From positions 2,944,001-3,008,000 of the forward strand of contig OY760074.1 in NCBI GenBank assembly GCA_963663035.1: 64,000 nt of DNA, read 5' to 3'. A program made the translations under genes and the position numbers. Each line of letters opens with the position of its first letter. The first letter of the stretch is position 1. The DNA comes from Acidobacteriota bacterium (lineage in GTDB: Bacteria; Acidobacteriota; UBA6911; RPQK01; JADFOI01). A model generated the notes under the pieces. The model was not told the origin of the DNA and searched no databases. It saw only the letters and a list, made by a program, of their open reading frames with translations. Below, piece after piece: positions 50,720 through 61,259 of this stretch.

Positions 50720-52047
50720 TCAGTTGGGAAGGAAGATGTAGCGAAGAACAAACAGAACCGCAAAAAAAGAAATCAGAGCTGGCACTTCTTTAAATCTCCC
50801 CTCGACGGCCTTCAGCAGAGTGTAGGAGATAAATCCAAATGCGATGCCTTCGGTGATGCTGAAGGTCAGCGGCATGATCAGAATCGTCAGAAAAGCGGGA
50901 ATGGCCTCGCTGATCTGATCCCAATCGATACGCTTGACATTTCTCAGCATCAGGCAACCAACCATGATCAGGGCTGGAGCAACCACAGGATAAAGGACAA
51001 GACCTTCCCCGCTGTCCATCCCGCCCCCGATCATTTTCACCAGCGGTGTGAAGAAAATGGCAAGCAGGAACAATGTTCCCGTCACCATGTTGGCCAGTCC
51101 AGTCCGAGCACCGGCGCTGACCCCACTGGCACTCTCAATATAGCTCGTGACCGTAGAGGTTCCCAGGAGGGCGCCCGCCGTCGTACCCACGGCGTCGGAC
51201 AGCAGTGCCCAGCGCGCGCGGGAGGCTTCCGTCGGGCGCCAGAAGACCGGCTTCCTGAGTCACTCCAATCAATGTTCCAACCGTATCGAAGAGATCCAAA
51301 AAGAAGAATACGAAGATGATCGAAAGGATTCCCGCCTGGAAAGCACCCACCAGGTCCAGCTGGAAGAAAGTGGGTGCAATGGATGGCACGGGCCCAACAA
51401 GCCCCTCATACTCAATCATGCCTGTCCCCAGTGCTACCAGGAGGGTCATGAGGATTCCCAGGAGAATGGCCGTCCGCGCGCCCAGCGTGAGTAAGATTGC
51501 CATCAGCACCAGACCAAAGAAAGAGAGCAGCACCGGTGGTGAAGTCAGCTCCCCAAGCCCCACCAGGGTTCCGGGGGAATCCACCACAATACCGCTCCAC
51601 TCCAGTCCCACCACAGAGATCAGCAGGCCAATACCCACCGCAATCGCATTTTTTAGTGTAGAGGGAACGGCCTTGATTAGCCTTTCCCGGAGGCCAATGA
51701 AGGAGAGTAGGATAAAGAGTACTCCGGAGATGAAAACGGCTCCCAATGCTTCCTGCCAGCTATAGCCAAGAGTCAGAACCACGACATAGCTAAAGAAGAA
51801 ATTATGGCCCATGCCTGGTGCCAAGGCGATGGGATAGTTGGCCGCTAGCCCCATCACAAAGGTCGCCAGGGCACTGGCAATGCAAGTAGCGACCATGGGC
51901 CGACTCCAGATTCATCCCGGCCGCATTCATGACCACCGGCTGCACGAAAATGATGTAGGCTGACGTCATGAAGGTCGTCAGTCCTCCCGACATCTCGCGC
52001 TGTAAAGTGGTCTTGTTCTCCGTCAGCTTGAAAAGCCGTTCCCACAT
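50720..52047 (-). pseudogene. NCS2/AzgA-type purine permease with two frameshifts
   Basis: NYPIALAPGMG, FDTVGTL, YIESASGV; extra C at about 51897-51899 and missing CG in the (CG)n run at 51212-51220. Confidence 0.85.
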
Positions 52048-52220
52048 CAGGTTTCGAAAAGACAGTAAACGCAGTCCCCTATGATAACTTTCAGAGCATT
52101 GGGCCACCATCAGCAACTTGGGGAACTGCTCCTGTTCCCGGCATCCAAGCGAGTTGAAAGTCTACCGCGGTTTGGAGGCAACGACCAAGGGGTAAAAGAG
52201 TAGGGGTAAACCATCGATAG

Positions 52221-54425
52221 ATGTCCATCATGTTAGCAATCTATACTACGACCCTCTTTCTCAGTGCGGCCCTCATGTTTCTGGTGCAACCCATGTTTGG
52301 GAAGATGGTGTTGCCCCTACTGGGCGGATCACCCGCAGTATGGAACACGGAAGTGGTTTTTTGCCAAAGCCTCTTGTTGCTCGGTTACCTTTACACTCAT
52401 GTCACCTCACGCTGGCTTGATATCCGTCGACAGGCACTCCTCCAGTGCTTCCTGATCTTCCTGCCTCTTCTCGTTTTACCCATTGGGATCCAGCGGGGGG
52501 GGTTGCCTCCCCAAGGGGTCAATCCAATTCCCTGGCTCCTGTCACTCCTGGCAGTGACCCTGGGACTTCCCTTTTTCGTCGTCGCTACCACCAGCCCGAT
52601 GCTTCAAAGATGGTTCTCCGCCACCAGCCATCCCAAAGCAGGAGATCCCTATTTCTTGTATGCCGCCAGTAACGCAGGAAGCCTGGTGGGTCTTCTCGGA
52701 TACCCGGTACTCCTTGAGCCCTATCTCCCTCTGGAGGTCCAGGGTTGGGCATGGGAAGCTGGTTACGGGCTCCTGGTACTCCTGATGTTGGCTTGCGCCG
52801 TGACAGTGTGGAGATCCCCTAGGTCTCAGCCCCACGATCAGTCGCGAGCAGCTGGCCGGGAAGCTTCTCGGAATCCGAGACCTGTGACGTTCAGTCGGCC
52901 AATTCGATGGATGCTGGGAGCATTTGTTCCCTCAAGCTTGATGCTGAGTGTCACCACCTACCTTTCCACCAACATTGCACCGGTCCCGCTGCTTTGGGTG
53001 ATTCCGCTGGCTATCTACCTGATCACCTTCATTCTGGTGTTTGCTCGAAGAACCTTTGTGCCACACTCTGCCATGGTTCGCATTTTTCCCGCAGTGGTAC
53101 TCCCTTTGAGCATTGTCATTATCTTCCAGGCCACACAGCCCATCTGGTTGATGGTTGCGATTCACCTGATCGCCCTTTTCGTCACTTCCATGGTTTGTCA
53201 TGGAGCGGTTGCAAACGATCGCCCTGAGACAGCCCACCTAACTGAGTTTTATCTGTGGGTCTCCGTCGGCGGAGTTGTGGGAGGGATGTTCAACGCCTTT
53301 CTGGCACCCGTCTTGTTTCCGACACTCATAGAGTATCCTCTGGTGCTAGTCGGTGGTCTACTCCTCCTGGCATGGCCGGAAAGGGGCAAGCAGTTTCCCT
53401 TTAAATGGTCTGATGTTGCCTTTCCAGCCGGTCTTGGAGTCCTGGCAGGTGGTCTCATCCTGAGTATAGGGACCGCCCCATTTGCAGCCAACCCGCTGAG
53501 TCAGGCGGTGCTGTGGGGAGTCCCAGCCACGATTTGCTATAGCTTTTCGGCCAGACCTTTACGCTTCGCGCTCGGTTTGGGAGCCCTGTTCGTGGCCAGT
53601 TCCTTTTACACGCAAGGAGAAGGGAGTCTCCTGCACCGGGAGCGAACTTTTTTTGGAGTTCATAGCATCTTGCTTGATTCTCAGGGTTCCTACCATCTCC
53701 TTTCCCACAGCGGTACCCTCCACGGCAAGCAAAGCCTGGAGCCGTCTCGTCGGTGTGAGCCACTCACCTACTACCACATGACAGGTCCTCTCGGGCAACT
53801 CTTTGCAGCTTTTCGTGATGAGGCAACAGGGTGGCGAGTGGGCGCTATCGGACTTGGTACAGGATCGATCGCATCCTATCGCAAGCCTGGCCAGGAGTGG
53901 ACTTTTTACGAAGTCGATCCCACTGTGGTGAAACTGGCTAGTGATCCTCGCTATTTCACTTACTTAAGTGACTGCAGCAGTGACGTCAAGGTGGTAATGG
54001 GCGACGCCCGCTTATCCTTAACCCAGGAGCCCAGCCACCAGTTCGACTTGTTAGTCCTTGATGCTTACAACTCGGACTCGATCCCCATTCACCTGATTAC
54101 TCAGGAAGCGCTCCAACTCTACCTGGATAAAATGACGGACCACGGGCTCCTCATCTTTCACATCTCCAATCAGTACCTGGATCTCAGTCCTGTGGTGGGA
54201 AATCTAGCCCAGAATCAGGGGCTGGTGTGCCTACTACAAAATGACTTGAATCTCTCTGAGCAGCAGAGACTGTCGGGAAAGGAACCCTCCCAATGGGCCG
54301 TAATGGCCCGTAACCTGGAGGATCTGGGCTCACTGGGAGACGACCCCCGCTGGGAGCGGGTAAGGGGCTCAGACGGGCCCGTATGGACTGACAGTTATTC
54401 GAGCATCTTCAACGTCTTGAAATAA
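52221..54425 (+). CDS. Fused membrane protein / spermidine-synthase-like methyltransferase
   Basis: LPLLGGSPAVWNT, many TMs, IGLGTG, YEVDP, GDAR, LDAY, WTD. Confidence 0.85.
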   Translation: MSIMLAIYTTTLFLSAALMFLVQPMFGKMVLPLLGGSPAVWNTEVVFCQSLLLLGYLYTHVTSRWLDIRRQALLQCFLIFLPLLVLPIGIQRGGLPPQGVNPIPWLLSLLAVTLGLPFFVVATTSPMLQRWFSATSHPKAGDPYFLYAASNAGSLVGLLGYPVLLEPYLPLEVQGWAWEAGYGLLVLLMLACAVTVWRSPRSQPHDQSRAAGREASRNPRPVTFSRPIRWMLGAFVPSSLMLSVTTYLSTNIAPVPLLWVIPLAIYLITFILVFARRTFVPHSAMVRIFPAVVLPLSIVIIFQATQPIWLMVAIHLIALFVTSMVCHGAVANDRPETAHLTEFYLWVSVGGVVGGMFNAFLAPVLFPTLIEYPLVLVGGLLLLAWPERGKQFPFKWSDVAFPAGLGVLAGGLILSIGTAPFAANPLSQAVLWGVPATICYSFSARPLRFALGLGALFVASSFYTQGEGSLLHRERTFFGVHSILLDSQGSYHLLSHSGTLHGKQSLEPSRRCEPLTYYHMTGPLGQLFAAFRDEATGWRVGAIGLGTGSIASYRKPGQEWTFYEVDPTVVKLASDPRYFTYLSDCSSDVKVVMGDARLSLTQEPSHQFDLLVLDAYNSDSIPIHLITQEALQLYLDKMTDHGLLIFHISNQYLDLSPVVGNLAQNQGLVCLLQNDLNLSEQQRLSGKEPSQWAVMARNLEDLGSLGDDPRWERVRGSDGPVWTDSYSSIFNVLK

Positions 54426-55259
54426 GAACTTCAACACGGCACCTGTGAACTCGATCGGTTTCTCTCTTGGAGGCCAGTGCCCACATTTCTCGAAAACGCT
54501 CAATTGGGAATCGGGAATCAACTGGTGAGCTTTCTTCGCCCACTTGACAGGTATCAACCTGTCATTCGATCCATGGACAATGAGTGTCGGCGAGGTGATC
54601 TCGGCCAGTCTGTTGAGAAGATTGTTGCGAAAGCCGGACCAATCCATCTCATGTTCAACATAGGAGCTCCAAGCCTGTCCCCCGCCGCTTGTGGCAATAG
54701 ATTGCGAAATTTCGGTGACAAGCTCTTCCGTAATGACTTGCGGGTCATGCACGAGGTTTCGCAAGCTGCATCGGATGGCGGGTCTACTGCGGACAGCGAT
54801 TTTCCGCACTGTGTCGTAGAAAGTGGGCATTTTCACCATCAGCCTGGCCAGAGTTCGCCAGCGCCACCGGGTACCTAAGCCGGCACTACTAACCAGGATC
54901 AGCTTTTCTGCTGTGGAGGGAAACTGCAGAGTGAAGCTAGCAGCAATGTGCCCTCCCAAAGAAAGTCCCACCAGGGAGAACTCGTTGAGTCCCAGGTCCT
55001 GAACAAAGTGGTTGAGAAAGTCAGTGTAGTACTCGATGGTGTAGTCGACGCCGGGTCTGGCGCTTTCTCCATACCCAGGCAAATCTGGAGCAATAACCCG
55101 GCAGGTCTGCGAAAACAGGCCCATTGAGGAATGCCAGGACAAGGAGGCAGAATCAGTACCGCCTCCATGAAGCAGGACCACGGGACGGCCCGTTGATCCC
55201 GCCGCCAGGTAGTGGGTTCGAACACCCCCGATTTCAGTCCAAAACTCTCTAACCACCAT
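54369..55259 (-). CDS. Alpha/beta hydrolase
   Basis: LLHGG, DLPGYGES, GLSLGG, GSND and CGHW motifs. Confidence 0.9.
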   Translation of the reverse strand: MVVREFWTEIGGVRTHYLAAGSTGRPVVLLHGGGTDSASLSWHSSMGLFSQTCRVIAPDLPGYGESARPGVDYTIEYYTDFLNHFVQDLGLNEFSLVGLSLGGHIAASFTLQFPSTAEKLILVSSAGLGTRWRWRTLARLMVKMPTFYDTVRKIAVRSRPAIRCSLRNLVHDPQVITEELVTEISQSIATSGGGQAWSSYVEHEMDWSGFRNNLLNRLAEITSPTLIVHGSNDRLIPVKWAKKAHQLIPDSQLSVFEKCGHWPPREKPIEFTGAVLKFLFQDVEDARITVSPYGPV

Positions 55260-55286
55260 GATGAGAAAAACACTTATAATTAGAAC

Positions 55287-55904
55287 ATGGCCTGGGTCCG
55301 CTTTTGTTCATTCTGGATTTACCCTTCTCTTGTTTGTCTCCTCTTGCTCCTCTCACCTCAACAGGTGCCAAGATGGATGGACCTCCTCTGGTTAGTCCCA
55401 ATGGGTCTCTTTTTCTGGAGCCTTCTAGAGTATGCCCTGCATCGTCTTTTCTTCCACTGGACTCCTCACCATCGCAAACTCAAACGGATAGTACAAGCCC
55501 TTCATCTCAGCCATCACACAGATCCCAGAAATCCCGACAAGATCCTCATTAGACCCACCTACAGCTTGCCTATTTCCGCTCTCGTTTTAGGAAGTTGCTA
55601 TGCCCTGACGGGAAGTCTTTTTTCAGCCAGTGCATTGCTGTCCGGCGTTTGGCTGGGATTTCTCTATTACGAGTGGGTACACTACCGCTTACACCTGAGC
55701 AAGACCGCCAAAGGTTCGCTCAAGTACCAACGTGGCTGGCATTTCTTTCATCACTTCGTCGACCAGGAAAATTGCTTTGGCGTGACCTCACCCGTGTGGG
55801 ACTTGGTTTTCGGAACCTATCGACGAATTAACTTCAGCAGTTCCCGAAGGGCTGCCGGTAAAACGGTAGTGGCGTCACCCTCAATGCGAAGATCGGCAAG
55901 CTGA
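55287..55904 (+). CDS. Fatty acid hydroxylase / sterol desaturase family protein
   Basis: HRLFFH, HLSHH, HYRLH and HFFHHF boxes; FGVTSPVWD. Confidence 0.88.
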   Translation: MAWVRFCSFWIYPSLVCLLLLLSPQQVPRWMDLLWLVPMGLFFWSLLEYALHRLFFHWTPHHRKLKRIVQALHLSHHTDPRNPDKILIRPTYSLPISALVLGSCYALTGSLFSASALLSGVWLGFLYYEWVHYRLHLSKTAKGSLKYQRGWHFFHHFVDQENCFGVTSPVWDLVFGTYRRINFSSSRRAAGKTVVASPSMRRSAS

Positions 55905-56581
55905 TCTTGGGCGGTAGGACCCTGATTGACAATGATGTAGACCGCTCCCTGCTCCTTGGCCGAGCGAGGCACAGAGGCCGCCGGTTCCACTTCAAGAGTG
56001 GATCCAATGGCGAGAACCAGGTCGGCACGGGAGGCGGCCGAGAAGGCCTCCCTCAATTTTTCATGAGGCATGGCCTGTCCGAAGGAGATGGTAGCCGGTT
56101 TGAGGAAACCTTCACACCGACAAAGTGGAGGCTCACGGGTGCGTTCGAACTCCTCAAAAATGGAGCTCGGATCAGAGAGCTGGCCACAAGTCTGGCACTC
56201 AATCTTCCGATTGGTGCCGTGCAGCTCGATGACTCTGTCCTCAGAGTGTCCGGCCAGCTGGTGTAGTCCATCAATATTCTGTGTGACCAGTACTTCCAGA
56301 CGTCCCATCCCGTCTAACTCGAACAGGGCAAGGTGGGCTGGATTGGGTTCGGCGTCGCGAAACTGATGCCACCCCTCGAGTTTGTAGTCCCAGTGGCGGA
56401 TGCGTGCCTCGCGCGAGGTCATAAATTCATCGTAGTAGACGGGCCGCCATGTTTTCCACAGACCCTGAGGACCTCGGAAGTCGGGAATGCCCGACCCGGT
56501 TGAGATACCTGCCCCAGTAAAAATAAGGACTCGACGGGCATCACTGAGAAGGCTGGCTACTTGATTTGACTTAGCCCGCAC
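55817..56581 (-). CDS. cobB: Sir2-family NAD-dependent deacylase
   Basis: GAGISTGSGIPDFRG, TQNIDGLH, ELHG, zinc-binding cysteines. Confidence 0.92.
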   Translation of the reverse strand: MRAKSNQVASLLSDARRVLIFTGAGISTGSGIPDFRGPQGLWKTWRPVYYDEFMTSREARIRHWDYKLEGWHQFRDAEPNPAHLALFELDGMGRLEVLVTQNIDGLHQLAGHSEDRVIELHGTNRKIECQTCGQLSDPSSIFEEFERTREPPLCRCEGFLKPATISFGQAMPHEKLREAFSAASRADLVLAIGSTLEVEPAASVPRSAKEQGAVYIIVNQGPTAQDQLADLRIEGDATTVLPAALRELLKLIRR

Positions 56582-56729
56582 TTCTCACACCCCCTCTACT
56601 GCAGCGGCGCAATGATCCGACCTGACTGCGTTGCGTTCGGTCGGCCTCCTCAACGTACTCAAGAGTACGTTTGCGGGGGTCGACCCTTCCGCCGCTTCGC
56701 GACGACCTGGTGTGAGAAATGCGGGCTAA
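56571..56729 (+). mobile_element. MITE-like repeat, terminus type B, copy 2
   Basis: TTAGCCCGCACTTCTCACACC...GGTGTGAGAAATGCGGGCTAA. Confidence 0.85.
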
Positions 56730-56734
56730 CATCG

Positions 56735-57613
56735 TTAGGCACTACGCAACACTATGACAGGTCTCAACTGATTGGTCGGGCCTGACTGCCCGATGGCAAC
56801 CAGCTCCTGGTGGTGGAAAAGCCGGTAGAACTCTTCCTGGACTTTACTGTTCCCAGGAATTTCATTTCCGTGTCGTACTCGCTTTGCCTGCTGCTCGTCA
56901 AGATCGATGCGGGGAAGTTCGGGTAGAAGTTTCTCCATTGGCAGTAAGGCTTCTCGCCACTGACTCTCAATCCCTTCCAGCTGCAGGGCTCCAGAAAGAT
57001 CAAAGCAGCCACAGCGAGTACGACGGAGGTTTCGAAGATAAGCTCCACAGCTTAGCTTCTTCCCTATCTCGTGGGCAAGAGAGCGGATGTAAGTACCGGA
57101 CGAGCAGTGAACTCGCAGGCTCCAGATCTCTCTAGTTTGTTCAAGCAAGTCGATCCGATAAACGGAAACGGTTCGCCAGGGACGATCTATCTCCAGCTTT
57201 TGCCTGGCCAGTTGGTAGAGTTTTTTCCCACCCACCTTTACGGCCGAAAACATGGGAGGCTGTTGTTGAATCTCTCCGGTGAATTCCTCCAGTACCTCTT
57301 GTGCTTGCTGAGGGGATATTTCAGGCACGGACCTCTCCCGGATGACCTCACCTTCAGCATCCAAGGTATCAGTAGTCTGGCCGAGTTGGATTTCAGCGAG
57401 ATACTCCTTGTCGCTCGACTGGAAGAAACGGGTCAAGCGAGTGGTCCGTCCAAGTAATAGGGGCAAGACTCCGCTCGCCAGAGGATCGAGAGTTCCGGTG
57501 TGACCGACCTTGGTTTTCAAAAGTGCACGGGCCCGCGCTACGATGTCATGAGAGGTGGGACCTGAGGGTTTATCGACAACTAGCGCACCACAGAGAGAGT
57601 CGTGGTTGGTCAT
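56735..57613 (-). CDS. truB: tRNA pseudouridine(55) synthase
   Basis: KVGHTGTLDPLASG, QQPPMFSAVK and SGTYIRSL motifs. Confidence 0.96.
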   Translation of the reverse strand: MTNHDSLCGALVVDKPSGPTSHDIVARARALLKTKVGHTGTLDPLASGVLPLLLGRTTRLTRFFQSSDKEYLAEIQLGQTTDTLDAEGEVIRERSVPEISPQQAQEVLEEFTGEIQQQPPMFSAVKVGGKKLYQLARQKLEIDRPWRTVSVYRIDLLEQTREIWSLRVHCSSGTYIRSLAHEIGKKLSCGAYLRNLRRTRCGCFDLSGALQLEGIESQWREALLPMEKLLPELPRIDLDEQQAKRVRHGNEIPGNSKVQEEFYRLFHHQELVAIGQSGPTNQLRPVIVLRSA

Positions 57614-58635
57614 CCATCGTCTGCCAGTGGTTTGATGGTCTGGTGTGCTGTTGCCGGTAGCTGCTCGTCTGTGCCATCCAGCAGTTTGTTCAATTCGAAG
57701 ACCACTTTCTCGACAGCCTCCTGCCGGTTTCCCTTCACCAACAGGCCAGCCGCGTTCTTGTGGCCACCGCCGCCAAAAGTTTCAGCTACGGAGCCAACAT
57801 CGTAGTGGTTCTTAGATCTCAAGCTTACCCGGAAGTGATCATTTCCCTCTTCACGGAAGAAAGCAGCTACATCAACCCCCTCCATAGAGAGGGGATAGTC
57901 GACGATACCTTCCATGTCATTTGCGGAGGCTCCCGTCTTGGCCAACATTTCCTGGGTCAGCGTGATAGAGGCGATTCTCTTGGAAGTATGGACCTCCAAT
58001 GTATTCAGGAGCAGACCCAGGACCTGGAGCCTGGAATGAGGCCTGGTCATGTAAACGGCTTGAGCAATGGCTGCGGAATCCGCTCCATTCTTCACCAGAT
58101 CCCCAGCGATGAGAAAAGTTTTGGCCCGGGTATTGGAATACTGGAAGGATCCGGTGTCAGTGACGACAGCGACGTAGAGGTTGGTAGCAATCTCGGGTGT
58201 CAGATCGACTGAGAGCGCTTGGGTCAGCTCGTATATCATCTCTCCCACGGCTGCCGCCGATGAGTCCAGCCAATTGAGATCTCCAAAGGGTTCGGTCTTG
58301 GGATGGTGGTCAATGTTGATGACAAAGTACTCCCCGAGGCCTCGGAGATTAGGCCGTTTCAGGTCATTGCACTCAAGGACAAACAGACCATCGTAGCTCC
58401 CGTCAACAGCATCGGTGACACTAACTTTCTCTATTCCGGGAAGACACTGATAAGGGCGTGGATGAGGATCTGAATTGAATACAGACGCACTTTTACCGAG
58501 CTTTTCCAGGGTCAGAGCCAATCCCAGTTCTGAGCCAAGCGCATCTCCGTCCGGACGAGCATGCGCAGTAATGGCAAAGCGCTCGTGATCTTGAATGAAG
58601 CGGATGATCTCGTCCATGGACATGGTTTTCTTCAA
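57610..58635 (-). CDS. nrnA: DHH/DHHA1 oligoribonuclease and pAp phosphatase
   Basis: HARPDGDALGS, IDHH, TDTGSF and GGGGHKNAAG motifs. Confidence 0.92.
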   Translation of the reverse strand: MKKTMSMDEIIRFIQDHERFAITAHARPDGDALGSELGLALTLEKLGKSASVFNSDPHPRPYQCLPGIEKVSVTDAVDGSYDGLFVLECNDLKRPNLRGLGEYFVINIDHHPKTEPFGDLNWLDSSAAAVGEMIYELTQALSVDLTPEIATNLYVAVVTDTGSFQYSNTRAKTFLIAGDLVKNGADSAAIAQAVYMTRPHSRLQVLGLLLNTLEVHTSKRIASITLTQEMLAKTGASANDMEGIVDYPLSMEGVDVAAFFREEGNDHFRVSLRSKNHYDVGSVAETFGGGGHKNAAGLLVKGNRQEAVEKVVFELNKLLDGTDEQLPATAHQTIKPLADDG

Positions 58636-58731
58636 CTCTAACCAGTATATATACTAACCATTTCCTGAGACCTAGTTCTAATTGAAAACAAAGAAAAGTC
58701 TTTTTCTACCAGTGGAAAGACGCAGGAAAGA

Positions 58732-61236
58732 CTACTTTAATTCCGGTGGGACTTCCTCTTGGTAAAAGGCTTCAATCACGTCACCGACCTTGATGTCGTT
58801 GAAGTTGGTGATGGAAATACCGCATTCGTATCCCTCTTTGACTTCATTGACATCATCTTTGAAGCGGCGCAAAGAATCGATCTCACCTGTGTAAAGGATC
58901 ACGTTGTCGCGCAGGAGACGAACCTCCGCACTCCGCTTAATGAGACCGCTCTGCATATAGCTCCCGGCAATGGTCCCGAACTTCGGCACCTTGAAGGTCT
59001 CGCGAACCTCGGCTCGACCAAGATCCTTTTCTCGATAGGTCGGATCCAGAAGACCCAGCATAGCTTGTGTGATTTCGTCAGACACCTCGTAGATCACGGT
59101 GTACAACCTGACATCAACTTTCTCGTGCTCTGCAACCTCCCTGGCGGCTGGTTCAGGGCGCACGTTGAATCCCACAATGATAGCCTTGGAAGCAGAAGCA
59201 AGCAGGACATCCGACTCGGAAACGCCTCCCACGGCAGTGTGAATGATCTTTACCTGAACTTTCTCACTACTCAATTTGTTCAGGGTGTCCTGTAAAACCT
59301 CAAGAGAGCCCTGTGAATCCGCCTTCAGGACAATGCGAAGCTCCTTGACTTCTCCGGCCTCCATTTGAAGATGGAGGTCCTCCAGAGTGAGCGTGGAAGA
59401 ACTGCCGAGTTCCTGAGATCTGACCTGCTGTTGTCGATAGTCTCCAATCTCCCGCGCTTTGGCGGCGCCCTCGACGACCTGAAAAGCATCGCCGGCCTGA
59501 GGCAACCTCTGCAACCCCAGGATTTCGACCGCACTACCTGGCCCGGCCTCAGTGATGGTCTTTCGGCGGTCATCGAACATGGCCTTGACTTTTCCATAAG
59601 CCGCTCCAGCAATGAAAGAATCTCCAATCTTAAGAGTTCCACTTTGGATCAGAATGCTGGCCATCGTTCCGCGCCCTCGATCTAGCCTGGCTTCCAAAAC
59701 GACCCCCGAGCCTGATCGTTTTGGATTCGCCTTCAGCTCCAAAAGATCAGCCGACAACAGAATCATCTCAAGGAGCAAGTCGAGGTTGGTCTTTTCCTTT
59801 GCGGACACTTCAACCATGACCGTGTCACCACCCCACTCTTCTGCCACCAACTCGTACTCCGTCAACTCTTGCCTGACGCGTTGGGAATCCGCCTCCGGCT
59901 TATCAATCTTATTCAAAGCAATGATGATGGGAACTCCAGCAGCTCGGGCGTGATCGATAGCCTCCACAGTCTGCGGCATGACCCCATCATCAGCAGCCAC
60001 GACCAAGACCACAAGGTCCGTCACTTGAGCTCCACGAGCGCGCATTCTGGTGAAAGCCGCATGGCCCGGAGTATCGATAAAGACAATCCTGCGACCTTTC
60101 GCATCGACATGGTAAGCACCGATTTGCTGCGTGATCCCTCCTGCCTCACCATCTGCCACTTGGGTCTCCCGAATCGCATCCAGCAGGGAAGTTTTGCCAT
60201 GATCGACATGGCCCATGACGGTCACCACAGGAGGCCGCTCGGCCAGATCCTTGGGGAACTCCTTGACCTGATCCTCCTCAACCGCTGCCTCCTCAAAGGA
60301 CATGAATTGTGGGATCACATTGTGAACTTCACAGATCTCCTGAACGATTTCCTTCCCCAGGGTTTGGTTGATGGCGACCATCAGGCCTCGGGAAAAGAGT
60401 TCCTTGATCAACTCGTTGCTCTTGACCCGGAGTTTTTCACCCAGTTCCTTGACCGTTATCTTCTCTGAAAAAGCCACTTCACGAGGCCCGCTGACATCTT
60501 CCGGCTCAGCTGTCTCCGAGACTGGAGCTTCTTTCGCTTCCTCGACGCCCTGGGCCTCAGCAATCTCCTCACTGACCGGTTCAGTCTCTAATTCCTGAGC
60601 TTTTTCTTCGCCCGCTGGGGCCTCAATGGGCTCCTTCGTCACTTCGGCCGCTGGTTCCAGCTCCTCCCGAGCCTTGCGAAGAGCAGCTCGTTCGGGCTGA
60701 ACTTCTTTCCTGGCAGCCATCTTCTCCAGCTCTTCCCGGGTGAGCTTGTGCATGGCCTTCTCCAAGACCTCAGCAGAGACATGGGCTTCTACCTTCTCAA
60801 TAACCGGCTCATCCTCGATAGTGACTGCTACTCTGAGGGGAACTTCCTCCTCCACAATTTCAAGTTTTCGGTAACTAGCTTTCCCTTTACGCGGCTTCAG
60901 AGAGGACTTCCAAGGGCTGGCAGCGGGCTCTTCTTCTTCTTTAACTGCTTTAGCCCTCTTGCGCGGTGTGCCCAGCTGCTTGATGCTCTTGCGTGTCTTG
61001 GCGGAGGCCACCTTTTTCTTTTCCTTCTTTTCCTTTTCTTCTCTGGTCCTTTCCTCTACCTGCTGTTCAAGTTCCACCATGAGCTGCAGGCGGCGCCGGA
61101 TGCGATCAGCGATGTCGTGATCAAGAGGGGTATCTGGTGAAGGGACCCAGACTCCGACCTTCTTAAGCTCGGATATCACCACCGTATTTCTCATTTCAAA
61201 TTCGGAGGCGAGCTCGCTGACTTTAGTTTCTTGCAT
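58732..61236 (-). CDS. infB: Translation initiation factor IF-2
   Basis: GHVDHGKT, DTPGH, NKID and SLRRFKDDV motifs. Confidence 0.98.
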   Translation of the reverse strand: MQETKVSELASEFEMRNTVVISELKKVGVWVPSPDTPLDHDIADRIRRRLQLMVELEQQVEERTREEKEKKEKKKVASAKTRKSIKQLGTPRKRAKAVKEEEEPAASPWKSSLKPRKGKASYRKLEIVEEEVPLRVAVTIEDEPVIEKVEAHVSAEVLEKAMHKLTREELEKMAARKEVQPERAALRKAREELEPAAEVTKEPIEAPAGEEKAQELETEPVSEEIAEAQGVEEAKEAPVSETAEPEDVSGPREVAFSEKITVKELGEKLRVKSNELIKELFSRGLMVAINQTLGKEIVQEICEVHNVIPQFMSFEEAAVEEDQVKEFPKDLAERPPVVTVMGHVDHGKTSLLDAIRETQVADGEAGGITQQIGAYHVDAKGRRIVFIDTPGHAAFTRMRARGAQVTDLVVLVVAADDGVMPQTVEAIDHARAAGVPIIIALNKIDKPEADSQRVRQELTEYELVAEEWGGDTVMVEVSAKEKTNLDLLLEMILLSADLLELKANPKRSGSGVVLEARLDRGRGTMASILIQSGTLKIGDSFIAGAAYGKVKAMFDDRRKTITEAGPGSAVEILGLQRLPQAGDAFQVVEGAAKAREIGDYRQQQVRSQELGSSSTLTLEDLHLQMEAGEVKELRIVLKADSQGSLEVLQDTLNKLSSEKVQVKIIHTAVGGVSESDVLLASASKAIIVGFNVRPEPAAREVAEHEKVDVRLYTVIYEVSDEITQAMLGLLDPTYREKDLGRAEVRETFKVPKFGTIAGSYMQSGLIKRSAEVRLLRDNVILYTGEIDSLRRFKDDVNEVKEGYECGISITNFNDIKVGDVIEAFYQEEVPPELK

Positions 61237-61259
61237 TTCTCAACCTTGGGGAACCTTTC

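Noticed and set aside
55817-56581. Sir2 protein as an anti-phage effector
   Set aside because: It is a standalone CobB-type deacylase with a zinc site in a housekeeping operon, with no defence partners.
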